A stretch of 64,000 nt of DNA from an uncultured virus (IMG/VR IMGVR_UViG_3300042392_001468). Its lineage: Duplodnaviria > Heunggongvirae > Uroviricota > Caudoviricetes. Every line of letters starts with the position of its first letter. The first letter of the stretch is position 1. The translations under genes were made by a program, and so were the position numbers. The notes under the pieces were generated by a model. The model did not search any database, was not told the DNA's origin, and saw nothing but the letters and a program-made list of their open reading frames with translations. This document shows positions 1-8,256 of this stretch, one piece after another. The DNA lies in IMG/VR virus record IMGVR_UViG_3300042392_001468. One strand, written 5' to 3'.

Positions 1-94
1 GCAATATCCGCGCCCCCACTCAAAAAATGAACCCGCTCACAGAGCCAAATCTGCGCCCTGCGTTTTTGGCCTGAATCCTGCCCTTTAGGTCGAG

Positions 95-406
95 TCAGTC
101 CGTCCCGGCCCATTCCTCAAGGCTCTTGTCCTGCTTTGAGTAGTTACAGGCCCGGCAGCATGGGACCAGGTTGCTCAGATCCTCTGTGCCTCCCTTAGAC
201 ACTGGCACCACATGGTCAACGGTGTCTGCGTATCTCCCGCAGTAGCGGCATGTGCGTCCGTGTAGATCGAAAACCCTTGCCTTGACCTTCTGCCATCGGC
301 CTCCGTAGGTTGCGGCTCTGGGCTTCTGGTGCTTGGCACAGCGTGTCTGCCTGCTCGCAGTAGGTGTGAAGGGTGCGGCGCAGGTTAGGCAGATTCGCTT
401 CGGCAT
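95..406 (-). CDS. HNH endonuclease, terminase-associated (HK97 gp74-like) type
   Basis: CRYCG...DHVVPVSKGGTEDLSNLVPCCRACN motif; start set at ATG 406, which overlaps the upstream stop (TGATG); last gene of the leftward operon. Confidence 0.9.
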   Translation of the reverse strand: MPKRICLTCAAPFTPTASRQTRCAKHQKPRAATYGGRWQKVKARVFDLHGRTCRYCGRYADTVDHVVPVSKGGTEDLSNLVPCCRACNYSKQDKSLEEWAGTD

Positions 407-687
407 CAGAACGGTGGTCGCCCTTCCCATTCATAGCCAGTGAGGCTCCAGCGCATCACGCCTTCTGCGTCAGTGGTGTGGGTGACTTGGCCGCGAATCT
501 CAAGCTGGCGAAGATGCCAGAGTGTCGCGGTCATGTCAAAGTCTGTGCGCTGGTTGATTGCCTTGGCAGGCCGTGGCTCCTTTGCTACCTGAGCCAGTGA
601 TGTGCGTCGGTCTGCTGCTCGCCTGCCGTCCAGTGTTGCGAAGGGCCAGCCCTCTGGTCTGCCTAACCTGCGGGGTGAGAAGATCAC
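406..687 (-). CDS. hypothetical phage protein
   Basis: ORF overlaps neighbours at both ends (GTGA/TGATG). Confidence 0.55.
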   Translation of the reverse strand: MIFSPRRLGRPEGWPFATLDGRRAADRRTSLAQVAKEPRPAKAINQRTDFDMTATLWHLRQLEIRGQVTHTTDAEGVMRWSLTGYEWEGRPPF

Positions 688-899
688 GCTGCCCAGTCCG
701 GCTTTAGCGTGATGTCTTTGCTGTCAAGCGATTCAGCTATGAGCTCAGCAGTTGGCATGGCTGCGAGCTGGCAGGGAGCGCATCGCTCATGTGGGTTGTT
801 CTGGCTCAGGACACAGCGACAGACTCGACAGAGCCGCTTGGCTTCGTAGAGTCCAGGACTGCGCTTAGGTTGATCTTCGGGCGGTATGTGCTCGATCAT
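684..899 (-). CDS. small Zn-finger-like hypothetical protein
   Basis: CRVC...CAPC pairs; coupled to the downstream gene. Confidence 0.6.
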   Translation of the reverse strand: MIEHIPPEDQPKRSPGLYEAKRLCRVCRCVLSQNNPHERCAPCQLAAMPTAELIAESLDSKDITLKPDWAA

Positions 900-1168
900 G
901 GAAAAGCCTGCCCTGTATGCCAGCTATGACACAGGGCAAGTGATGGGCATGAGCTGCTAAAGCCCCATGCTCTGAAGATTCCCGCCTGCGTAGGCCGCTA
1001 GAGGGCCATCGTTGCGGGCGGGTGTTCGCCACTGCCAGGGAGGGAGGAGTAGCAGCGAAGGTTTGCCGGGATAAAACCGGCTCAAGAGATACGAGTACCT
1101 ACAGCTTTCGCGGTTCTGTCACCGGACCACCGCAGGCACTGTCCAAGATACAACCCGCAGCGGACGCA
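900..1168 (-). ncRNA. candidate structured RNA / leader with about 6 consecutive hairpins
   Basis: ORF-free gap in a dense operon; stems such as TGCCCTGT/ACAGGGCA (909-938) and CCCGCC..GGCGGG (981-1022); G-U pairs mostly favour the - strand. Confidence 0.4.
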
Positions 1169-1681
1169 TCAGGCCGCTCTCTTCAGCTGCCTCTCTCGCC
1201 TGCCCGGCCTGCTGTTCTGGCTGGCAATGGTGCGGCGCTTTGCCATGCGCATCAGCTCGTCAGCTTCGCTTGGCTCAATCTCTGCCGTCTCCGCTGGCAC
1301 CTCTCGGTCGATCACTGAGCTTGCCATTGGATTGGCGATTGTGCCGCCTCCCCGTTTCAGGTACTCGGTGGTGTCGAAGCCCACCCTTGTGAAAGGTGCC
1401 TGCCAGTGTCCTCGCTTGTGCCTGATTGGGTTGGCGGTCAGACGAATGTACACATCTGGAAAGGTGGACTGATAGGGGCGGCCTTTCCTCTCGTCGCCAT
1501 CTGGCACGGCATCGTAGCGGCCATGGATCTTGCCCCATCGAAATACAAAGATGTCACCGTTTCTGACTTCCGGCTCGCTCTCCCATGTCAGCATCTGCGG
1601 AAGGTAGTGAGCCAGCTGGCTGATTGAAAGCTCAGTGATTGTCTCCCCGTCTTCGTCAAGCCATGTCTCTCGCTCAGTCAT
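1169..1681 (-). CDS. hypothetical phage protein (170 aa)
   Basis: Start MTERETW at 1681 overlaps the end of the upstream gene. Confidence 0.65.
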   Translation of the reverse strand: MTERETWLDEDGETITELSISQLAHYLPQMLTWESEPEVRNGDIFVFRWGKIHGRYDAVPDGDERKGRPYQSTFPDVYIRLTANPIRHKRGHWQAPFTRVGFDTTEYLKRGGGTIANPMASSVIDREVPAETAEIEPSEADELMRMAKRRTIASQNSRPGRRERQLKRAA

Positions 1682-1901
1682 CTGGGTGGCCCTTGGTTGT
1701 GGCATCGCGTATTGCCCGAGCACAGAGCTCATGGCCGTTGCGGTCAAGCACCTGAGCCACTGCTTCGAGCTTGGTGCGCTCCTGTGCGAGCAGTTGCCCT
1801 CTGGCCTGCGCCTCAGCTGCGAAGCCCTTGGCTCTTTCGTCAAGGCGTTGGATCTCGTCTTTCATCCAGCGCAGGGCTTCCTGTTGGGCTTCAGTGCTCA
1901 T
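1674..1901 (-). CDS. hypothetical coiled-coil protein
   Basis: ATGA overlap at 1898-1901; helical composition. Confidence 0.6.
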   Translation of the reverse strand: MSTEAQQEALRWMKDEIQRLDERAKGFAAEAQARGQLLAQERTKLEAVAQVLDRNGHELCARAIRDATTKGHPDD

Positions 1902-2080
1902 CTTGCTCCTCCAGATGCTCTTCTCCACTCTCTGATTTCGCGCCTGATTGCCGTGATGATCTCGGCCCGCCTTGCGTTGGCCAGCTCAGGAGCGCAGTAG
2001 GCGATTCCCTCGGCCAGCTGCTCAATGCGAGCCAGCACCTGGGCATCTTGGGTCTTTGTTGGCAGGCTTCCAAGCATCAC
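1898..2080 (-). CDS. hypothetical protein
   Basis: Coupled by overlaps on both sides. Confidence 0.55.
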   Translation of the reverse strand: MMLGSLPTKTQDAQVLARIEQLAEGIAYCAPELANARRAEIITAIRREIREWRRASGGAR

Positions 2081-2370
2081 GCCTCCTTCACCGCTTCAAT
2101 CAGGTCTTCCAGCTGGCGGTCGGTCAAGGTTCCAATCCACTTGCCTGTGCCGATTCCTGCCCTGTGGCATGTCCTGGCTACCCTTAGCGGCCCCCAGCGG
2201 TGCTGCGCTCCCAGAAGTTCGCTGATTGCCATGTTGGGGAAGGTGTTGGTTCTGAGCGCGTCGATTACGCTCATGTCTCCCACGCGGATCTGCTCTTTCA
2301 TTCGCGCCTTGCCTATGCGGACGCGGTTTGCGGCCTGTAAGGCTGACATGCGCTGCTCGACTGAGTTCAT
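2077..2370 (-). CDS. mihF: actinobacterial integration host factor (mIHF/sIHF) homolog
   Basis: EQRMSALQAANRVR..ARMKEQIRVG...ISELL.AQHRWG...IGTLTDRQ matches the mIHF pattern (EQRAAAL..A...R..RAELK..LK.G...VSALL.ALP.VG...L.GLGDRQ); 97 aa. Confidence 0.8.
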   Translation of the reverse strand: MNSVEQRMSALQAANRVRIGKARMKEQIRVGDMSVIDALRTNTFPNMAISELLGAQHRWGPLRVARTCHRAGIGTGKWIGTLTDRQLEDLIEAVKEA

Positions 2371-2434
2371 GCTGCTCCCATTGGTTTTGGGAGCGATTGC
2401 CCCCGGTTTTCGAAGGCAATGTGTTCTTGGTGTT

Positions 2435-3184
2435 TCATGCGGCGCTCCCAAGATCCAAGACTTCTTGGCCCATGCGCTGTGCGGCAACCTCGCAGAAGCG
2501 TTCTTCTAGCTCGATGCCGATGGCTTTGCGACCTAGGTTCTTTGCGGCCCGGAGAGTTGTGCCGCTTCCCATAAATGGATCAAGCACGGTTTCTCCAACT
2601 TCTGTGTGATTCTTGATAAACCACTCGACGAGCTTTAGCGGTTTTTCATTTGGGTGATCCCGTTTGCGTGGCGGAGATGTCCTGAAGACATTTGAGCCTG
2701 GCTGAGCTTTTTCCGACCACGAAAGTTTGCCCTTGGTCTTGTGAGCAACCATGACCATTTCGTGTTGCCTGCGGTAGCGCCACCCAAGGCCGGGATTCAC
2801 TTTGTCCCAAATAACAGAATGAAAGAAGCTGAGCCCACTTTCGTCCATGCGTTGAGCCAGCCACGCGAAAGTTGGCCGTGGGCCGCCGCCGCCGCAGCAG
2901 CAGCAGCAGCAGCAGCAGCAGTCATCGTTCAGTGCTGGCATCGCTTCGGTCAAAACAGCGTCCACGATTCGCCGCATTCCTTCGGGGTCATCGTTTGCGA
3001 TGGGCTGCCCTTCTATGCCTCTGTGTTCGTTCAGCCGGGCGTTGAAATCACCTTCGTGATTGGAATGCCCATATGGAGGGTCGGTCCAGAGTAGGGTCAC
3101 GCTTTGCGGGTCTAGGCTTGGCAGCACCTCAAGCGCATCGCCGTGGTAAATCGTCACCGCGTCGTCCTGGTAGTAGGGCTTCAT
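2435..3184 (-). CDS. N6-adenine/N4-cytosine DNA methyltransferase (beta class) with a Cys9-Gly4 insert
   Basis: TDPPY catalytic motif N-terminal; HPNEKP and VLDPFMGSGTT SAM-binding motif C-terminal. Confidence 0.93.
   Translation of the reverse strand: MKPYYQDDAVTIYHGDALEVLPSLDPQSVTLLWTDPPYGHSNHEGDFNARLNEHRGIEGQPIANDDPEGMRRIVDAVLTEAMPALNDDCCCCCCCCCGGGGPRPTFAWLAQRMDESGLSFFHSVIWDKVNPGLGWRYRRQHEMVMVAHKTKGKLSWSEKAQPGSNVFRTSPPRKRDHPNEKPLKLVEWFIKNHTEVGETVLDPFMGSGTTLRAAKNLGRKAIGIELEERFCEVAAQRMGQEVLDLGSAA
2882..2920 (+). repeat. (GCC)4(GCA)9 trinucleotide repeat encoding C9G4 in the methyltransferase
   Basis: Read directly from the sequence. Confidence 0.95.
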
Positions 3185-3239
3185 CCAGCCTGCCCCAGCC
3201 AAAATGAAACCCGCTGCTCATGCGGATTCCCTTCGGCAG

Positions 3240-3285
3240 TATGCTTTTTGGCACATTTCAGAACTGATTTGTGCTTAGCAACATA
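3240..3285. mobile_element. putative attP site of the serine integrase
   Basis: Imperfect inverted repeat about a central AA (3262-3263), 15 of 22 positions complementary; AT-rich; 12 bp upstream of the integrase ATG. Confidence 0.7.
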
Positions 3286-3297
3286 TACTCCGTTCTG

Positions 3298-4698
3298 ATG
3301 GAACTGTCTGGATATATCCGAGTCAGTGCCGTGGGCGGGCGAGAAGGTGAAGCCTATATCTCCCCCAGTGTTCAGAAGGAAGCCATTGGCTCTTACGCTG
3401 CTGAGATTGGCGGTGAAATCACTGAGTGGTTTGTCGATGAAGACTTTTCGGGCGGAAACATGGACCGGCCCGCCTTTCAGGCTGCTCTTGAAAAGTCCCG
3501 CTCTGGTCGAGCTGATGGGCTGGTTGTCATGCGGATTGACCGCTTCGCCCGCTCGGTTGCCGATGGAGCCACCATTGTCAGGGAGATGGTCGAAACCGAT
3601 CAGGTCTTTGCGTCGGTCACTGAGCGAATAGACCCGCGCACTCCCTCTGGAAGATTCATGCTCACGGCCTTCCTCGCCAATGCTGAGCTCTTTCTGGAGC
3701 AAAGTAAGGCGGGCTGGGAAGTAGCGAAAGCCAGGGCCATTGAGCGCGGCGCTCCTATTGGTCCCACTCCCTTTGGATACCTGCGGGTCAAGTCTCCCGC
3801 CGTCAAACCCAACCAGATCAGCCCTGAGCGAGCTGCTGAGATTGTCGGGCATGAGCCTGCGCTTGGCACAGTGATTCCAGATCCCGTTACCGGGCCAGTG
3901 GTGGCTGAAGTCTTTCGACGCTCTGCCACTGGAGACACGGTTGCCGACATTGCTGAATGGCTGCGTGGTCGATATGTGCCGGAAGGCCGCAGGCCGTTTG
4001 CCGCCAATGAGGTCAGGCGGTGGCTCGCCAATCGTTTCTACCTTGGAGAGCTCCACTATGGCAAGCTTTCCTCCAGGGGCGGTCACATGCCCCTGGTTGA
4101 TGAGCGCACCTTCGAAGCTGCCCAACCCGCGGCTCCCAGATTCCAGCGAGCTCGTGGGAAATCTTTGCCCTTGGCTGGGCTTGTCTTTTGTGCCAACTGC
4201 GGTGAGCCCATGGCTAGCAATCGTTCGGGTGGCAGCACAGGCCGCATTGCCATCTATCGGTGTGGCTCTGCCTGTGGAGCTGGTGCTGTGATTACTGCCA
4301 ACCTGCTTGACGGTTTCATTTTCAAAATGGCTCGTGATGCCGTGGCTGGATTCAAGCTCACTGGAAGCGGTGGCGGGCTGGAGAAACTTGATGAGGCTGT
4401 GCGGGCGGCTGAGTCCGAGCTGGATGCGTTCATTGGCAACCTCACAGTGCGGGCCTCTGTTGAGCCTGAAGTCTGGGAAAGAGGCGTGAAGGTGCGAGCC
4501 GCTGCGGTTGATGAGGCCAAGGCCAAGCGGGCCGAAGCAGTCAAGGCTGACCGGCTCATGTCTGTTGATCTTGACAATCCGACTGAGCAAGACCTACGAG
4601 CCTTCGCTTTTGCTGTGATTGAAGGCGTGTATGTCGGTCGGGGTCGCGGCCTTGACCGGGTGCGGGTTGTCTGGGCTGGAGAGCACAGCGAACCGTAG
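3298..4698 (+). CDS. int: large serine recombinase (integrase)
   Basis: GYIRVS catalytic motif, RIDRFARS, recombinase domain (NRFYLG), Zn ribbon (LAGLVFCANCG...YRC), coiled coil. Confidence 0.95.
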   Translation: MELSGYIRVSAVGGREGEAYISPSVQKEAIGSYAAEIGGEITEWFVDEDFSGGNMDRPAFQAALEKSRSGRADGLVVMRIDRFARSVADGATIVREMVETDQVFASVTERIDPRTPSGRFMLTAFLANAELFLEQSKAGWEVAKARAIERGAPIGPTPFGYLRVKSPAVKPNQISPERAAEIVGHEPALGTVIPDPVTGPVVAEVFRRSATGDTVADIAEWLRGRYVPEGRRPFAANEVRRWLANRFYLGELHYGKLSSRGGHMPLVDERTFEAAQPAAPRFQRARGKSLPLAGLVFCANCGEPMASNRSGGSTGRIAIYRCGSACGAGAVITANLLDGFIFKMARDAVAGFKLTGSGGGLEKLDEAVRAAESELDAFIGNLTVRASVEPEVWERGVKVRAAAVDEAKAKRAEAVKADRLMSVDLDNPTEQDLRAFAFAVIEGVYVGRGRGLDRVRVVWAGEHSEP

Positions 4699-4962
4699 CC
4701 CTGTTTCAGCCTCCCTGCGACGGATAATGGCTTCAATGCCCCGGTCGATTAGATGCTGCGGAACTTTCACCGAAGCCCCCTAACCACGCAGGCAGCGCAC
4801 CACCACACAAGCCCGCTTTCCACCATTACTGGAAAGCCCACTCTCTTCAGGCGGTCGCATTTCTCGCAGCGGTTCACAGCACCAGCTCCAAGACAATGAG
4901 CAGCAGGGCAAAAGCAACCCAGATTGCGGTGAGCTGCCAGACCCAAAGATTGTCTGGCGGGA

Positions 4963-5307
4963 TCACACCCTCACCCTCCTGTATGAAGTCGGGGCAAGCC
5001 TCATCCTTGCTTGCTCGATGCTGCCGAAGTTCTCCACTGCCTTGACCTGCTCTTCAGCTGTCAGGTGTGGGAGGAGGTCGAGCAGGCCGGCATCCACACG
5101 AAAGTGGCATGAGCCTGAATCGGTGGCGGGTCCGCAAAGCGGCACGATGTCCAGGGGGTTCACCCAGAGAGTGCGCTTGCCCGGCTTTGGCTTGTCATGT
5201 CTGCGGCCTGAGATGTGGGCCCGTTCAGTCTGCCCGGCTGCTCCACAGATGCGGCAGGGAGTGTCTGCGTCAGTCTGAATGCTGCTCCAATCCCTCTTTG
5301 GTCCCAT
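4963..5307 (-). CDS. HNH-like Zn-binding nuclease
   Basis: CRICG...RAHI...NPLDIVPLC...CH. Confidence 0.65.
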   Translation of the reverse strand: MGPKRDWSSIQTDADTPCRICGAAGQTERAHISGRRHDKPKPGKRTLWVNPLDIVPLCGPATDSGSCHFRVDAGLLDLLPHLTAEEQVKAVENFGSIEQARMRLAPTSYRRVRV

Positions 5308-5480
5308 CAGGATTCTTCCTCTGGCTGATCGAGTGGCTGAATGTAGGTTTCAACTGCCAGCCCGTTTGAGAGGCGCTTGGCCTCTTCTTCTTCGATGCCC
5401 TCTCCCAGATAGGCAGGGCGGTTGCTGCCCTTGATGAGCACCCTGAACAGCGGTTTGGCTTCCTCTTTCTTCTTAGCCAT
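5307..5480 (-). CDS. hypothetical protein
   Basis: TGATG coupling at both ends. Confidence 0.6.
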   Translation of the reverse strand: MAKKKEEAKPLFRVLIKGSNRPAYLGEGIEEEEAKRLSNGLAVETYIQPLDQPEEES

Positions 5481-5842
5481 CAGGCCGCTTCCCTCATCAG
5501 AAAGCCAGGCCGCTTTGGATCTCGCACGAGTCCGACCAGCCACGGCTCAGTCTTTGGCTTGCCCCTAGGCTCATCTGCCCAGAGCTCTTCCGGCATCTCG
5601 GTGTCAATGTGGAGGTCGAGCTTCACGCAGATGCGGTCAGCGACTCTGAGGCTGATTGTCCCGGCTTCGTATTCGGCCCGGAAGAGGGCTCTTACATCGG
5701 AGTCACTGGCCCATTGGCTTTTGCCTCCCGCGTTCAGACCGACTGAAGGATTGTTCATCTCAACTGGCCTCACCTGCTCAAGCCAGCGAACAAAGCCGGG
5801 CCCGTGAATCCACTCCCGTCCTAGTCCTGGGTAATGGCTCAT
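5480..5842 (-). CDS. hypothetical protein, homologous to 45383-45775
   Basis: WIHGPGFVRWL / ADRIC...MPEELW versus WLDGPRFIAFL / ADRVM...IPDDVW. Confidence 0.65.
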   Translation of the reverse strand: MSHYPGLGREWIHGPGFVRWLEQVRPVEMNNPSVGLNAGGKSQWASDSDVRALFRAEYEAGTISLRVADRICVKLDLHIDTEMPEELWADEPRGKPKTEPWLVGLVRDPKRPGFLMREAA

Positions 5843-5930
5843 GTCCGATCCACCACCAGTCCGGCTCCGATCAGGGCCAGCCAGAAGGCAACTGCCGCAG
5901 CTGCTCGGATTGCGTTTCGATTGTCGCGGG

Positions 5931-6299
5931 TCATGCCCGGCCTTCCAACTGGGCCATTGTGCGGCCTTGGCTTTCCAGCCTTGCCATGACTGAGTTGCGG
6001 GTTCGCTCCTCGCCAGCGACCTCCATGCCAATCAGGGCAGAGACAACTAGGCCAGTGTGCTCTTCTGGCAGGTTCTTTTTAGCCCATGCGAACTCTGCCG
6101 CCCTGCGGATCTGGAACGGTGGGAGTTCGTCAGCGGAGCCCTTTTTACTGCCTTTCCCATCCCATCCCATCCCATCCCGGTTTCCGCGGGAAACTCCTCT
6201 TTGGAAATCAGAAGGAATCCGCTCGGAAGGGTCAGAGACACTGCCAAAGGAATCCACGCGGAATCCAACTGGACGAACATCAGTGCTACGAAGTCGCAT
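5931..6299 (-). CDS. C-terminal part of a split replication-initiator-like protein
   Basis: RIP...GMGWDGKG linker typical of these proteins; in a +1 frame overlapping the end of 6286-6627. Confidence 0.55.
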   Translation of the reverse strand: MRLRSTDVRPVGFRVDSFGSVSDPSERIPSDFQRGVSRGNRDGMGWDGKGSKKGSADELPPFQIRRAAEFAWAKKNLPEEHTGLVVSALIGMEVAGEERTRNSVMARLESQGRTMAQLEGRA

Positions 6300-6627
6300 T
6301 GGACCGCTTCCTTTCCCTGTCCTTGTGCCGTTTCTCGTTCACTTCGGCCTTGCTCGGATTCCAGTCAAGGAAGTCGTGAATGGCGTACTTGCCACCCTCC
6401 GAGTACCAAAGTCCAACCTCTAGAAGAGCCTTGATCTGCTCCTGCCTGGCTGCCTCATCGGGCACCAGTGAGGCCAGCGCAGATGATGTGATCCAGCCAT
6501 CGGTGAGGTACTTTGTGCAGTAGCTGATGGCCCTTATGTGAAGGAATCCAGCTGGAGGGCAAACTTCCGCCAGCTCGGTCACTTTCGGGTGGCAGAAGAA
6601 GCCATCATCTAGTCGTGCCCAGGCCAT
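6286..6627 (-). CDS. phage replication-initiator-like winged-helix protein, N-terminal part
   Basis: MAWARLDDGFF.HPK...TDG.I...L...GLW...Y.IHDFLDWNP...DRERKR signature. Confidence 0.75.
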   Translation of the reverse strand: MAWARLDDGFFCHPKVTELAEVCPPAGFLHIRAISYCTKYLTDGWITSSALASLVPDEAARQEQIKALLEVGLWYSEGGKYAIHDFLDWNPSKAEVNEKRHKDRERKRSNATS

Positions 6628-7367
6628 TACGCCAGCACCGCCTCAGGCTGGATGAGCGACATCTGAGGCACCACATGAAGCACCGCAATCACCAACCAAC
6701 TGCTGCGATGTTGGGCATGGTTGCCCAGTAATAAAACGCAGTTATCGTCAAGCCGTAAGTTTTGACGAAGCCCAAGTTGATCCTCAGGGAACTTCCGCAT
6801 GAACTCAAATGCGCCCCACTCCCTGAGTTTCAAGTTGTGCTCGTAGCCTTCGGGGTCCGCAAACTGAATCCGAGGCGTGTAGGTAAATCGCTTTGAGCCC
6901 GTAGGCTCAGGACCACCTGCGCTGAACAGCCCCATCTGCGGTGCGTCAGGTGCCCCTGGGTTGTAATCAAAATCTAAACTGGGATATGAGGGCCGTATGA
7001 ATGCCAGACTCAATCTTCGCTGGTTAGCTTCAACCAATGAGCCGACAGAGTGAGCCTCTACGGCCTGAGCCAAAGCGGTCGGCTCAAACTCACCAACCTG
7101 CTCAAAGTTGCGAGCGTTGATCTCCCGGTGATCCAATCGCCTCTCGCCTCGTAAAGCAAAAGATTCAGAGCGACTGTCCCTTGAGTTTTTCTCGATTTCA
7201 GCTTGGTAGATTCCCCAGCGCCTCGGTGCGTTGAATCTTGAAAGCGGGTACAGCCTCAGCAGCGAGCCAAGCTCTTGAGAATATCCGGCACTACAAACGC
7301 ACTCGCGTCCGTCGCTGATTACCTCTGGCACGGTTGTGCCAAGCATCACGAAATCGTCAAGACGCAT
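6627..7367 (-). CDS. conserved hypothetical protein (VCSAG...RLYP family)
   Basis: 246 aa; LGTTVPE...CVCSAG...LLRLYP, LREWG, LLGN motifs; overlaps the upstream ParB-DUF4326 gene. Confidence 0.75.
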   Translation of the reverse strand: MRLDDFVMLGTTVPEVISDGRECVCSAGYSQELGSLLRLYPLSRFNAPRRWGIYQAEIEKNSRDSRSESFALRGERRLDHREINARNFEQVGEFEPTALAQAVEAHSVGSLVEANQRRLSLAFIRPSYPSLDFDYNPGAPDAPQMGLFSAGGPEPTGSKRFTYTPRIQFADPEGYEHNLKLREWGAFEFMRKFPEDQLGLRQNLRLDDNCVLLLGNHAQHRSSWLVIAVLHVVPQMSLIQPEAVLA

Positions 7368-8256
7368 TGGCCCTCCCCGCAAGCTCGTCAGCGTGGCAGC
7401 GTTCGGGTGAGCACCAGCAGCCTAGAGCTTTGCCGCGTAGTGACTTGATCGAACCCAGCAGGCTGGGCTTGTTGGGCAGGTAGTGGTCGCGGTAAGAATC
7501 ACAGACGGCATTGCGATCACCGTCCGCCCCGAGCAGAAATGGATTGCCCCATTCGCTGCCTCGATCAACTCGCATCATTCGTCCTTGGCCCTCTGCCCAA
7601 CCGATCAGTCGGCCATCGGTCTTCAGGTTCACTACTACGGCTTTTCCAGATTCCATCTCTCGACGCATTGACACCTCACGCTCAGTCCACTTCTCTGGGT
7701 CTGCGGCTTCGTTTGCCTGAACAACCCTTTTGGCCTCACGCTGGGCATCGCGCAAACTGATTTCGCCTGAACGCATTTGCTTAAGTAGCTCTGGCGAACT
7801 AGCGCCGATCTTGTTCGCATCGGATATGTAGCGTTCGTTGACTTGAACCAGCTCGGCTGCTGCTTGTCTTGACTCAAAACCTCCCGGAACTTTTTCCGGA
7901 ATGTTCGGCTCTAAGTCGGTTCGCCTTCCCTGCCGCTTCCGCGCCTCTGCCTCCAGTTCAGGAAGCAGGTCAACCGCCAGAGCTGCCCGCTGGGTGGCAG
8001 TCAAATGCCTGCGGTGGATGTTCTGAGAAACGACATAGGCCACTGGGCCGCAGCCAGGGTCAACCCAGTCCTCGGTTTTGACCTGAACGCCCGCCATCTT
8101 GCAAGCCCTTGAACGATTGCGCCCGTCTAAGACTTGGCCTTCATAGATGACCACCGGATGGTTGAGCCCGTTGGCCTTGATGTCATCGGCCAAATTTCGC
8201 AGCTCTGCCTCCGACATCATTGGAAACAAATCTGCTGCTGGGTGCGCTTCCATCAC
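7357..8256 (-). CDS. ParB-like N-terminal domain fused to DUF4326
   Basis: HPAADLFP...DIKANG...LDGRNR...N..RRHL (ParB); DRGSEWGNPF...LRGKALGCWCSPERCHAD (DUF4326). Confidence 0.85.
   Translation of the reverse strand: MMEAHPAADLFPMMSEAELRNLADDIKANGLNHPVVIYEGQVLDGRNRSRACKMAGVQVKTEDWVDPGCGPVAYVVSQNIHRRHLTATQRAALAVDLLPELEAEARKRQGRRTDLEPNIPEKVPGGFESRQAAAELVQVNERYISDANKIGASSPELLKQMRSGEISLRDAQREAKRVVQANEAADPEKWTEREVSMRREMESGKAVVVNLKTDGRLIGWAEGQGRMMRVDRGSEWGNPFLLGADGDRNAVCDSYRDHYLPNKPSLLGSIKSLRGKALGCWCSPERCHADELAGRANAS

Noticed and set aside
1..94. cos site downstream of the HNH gene
   Set aside because: Plausible by position, but no cohesive-end sequence can be identified and the context is cut by the window edge
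2882..2920. Phase-variable ON/OFF methyltransferase (phasevarion)
   Set aside because: Repeat unit is 3 nt, so slippage keeps the frame
2741..3094. Poly-Ala ORF on +
   Set aside because: Reverse reading of the methyltransferase Cys repeat
3181..4590. 469-aa - strand ORF
   Set aside because: Antisense shadow of the integrase with no recognisable motifs
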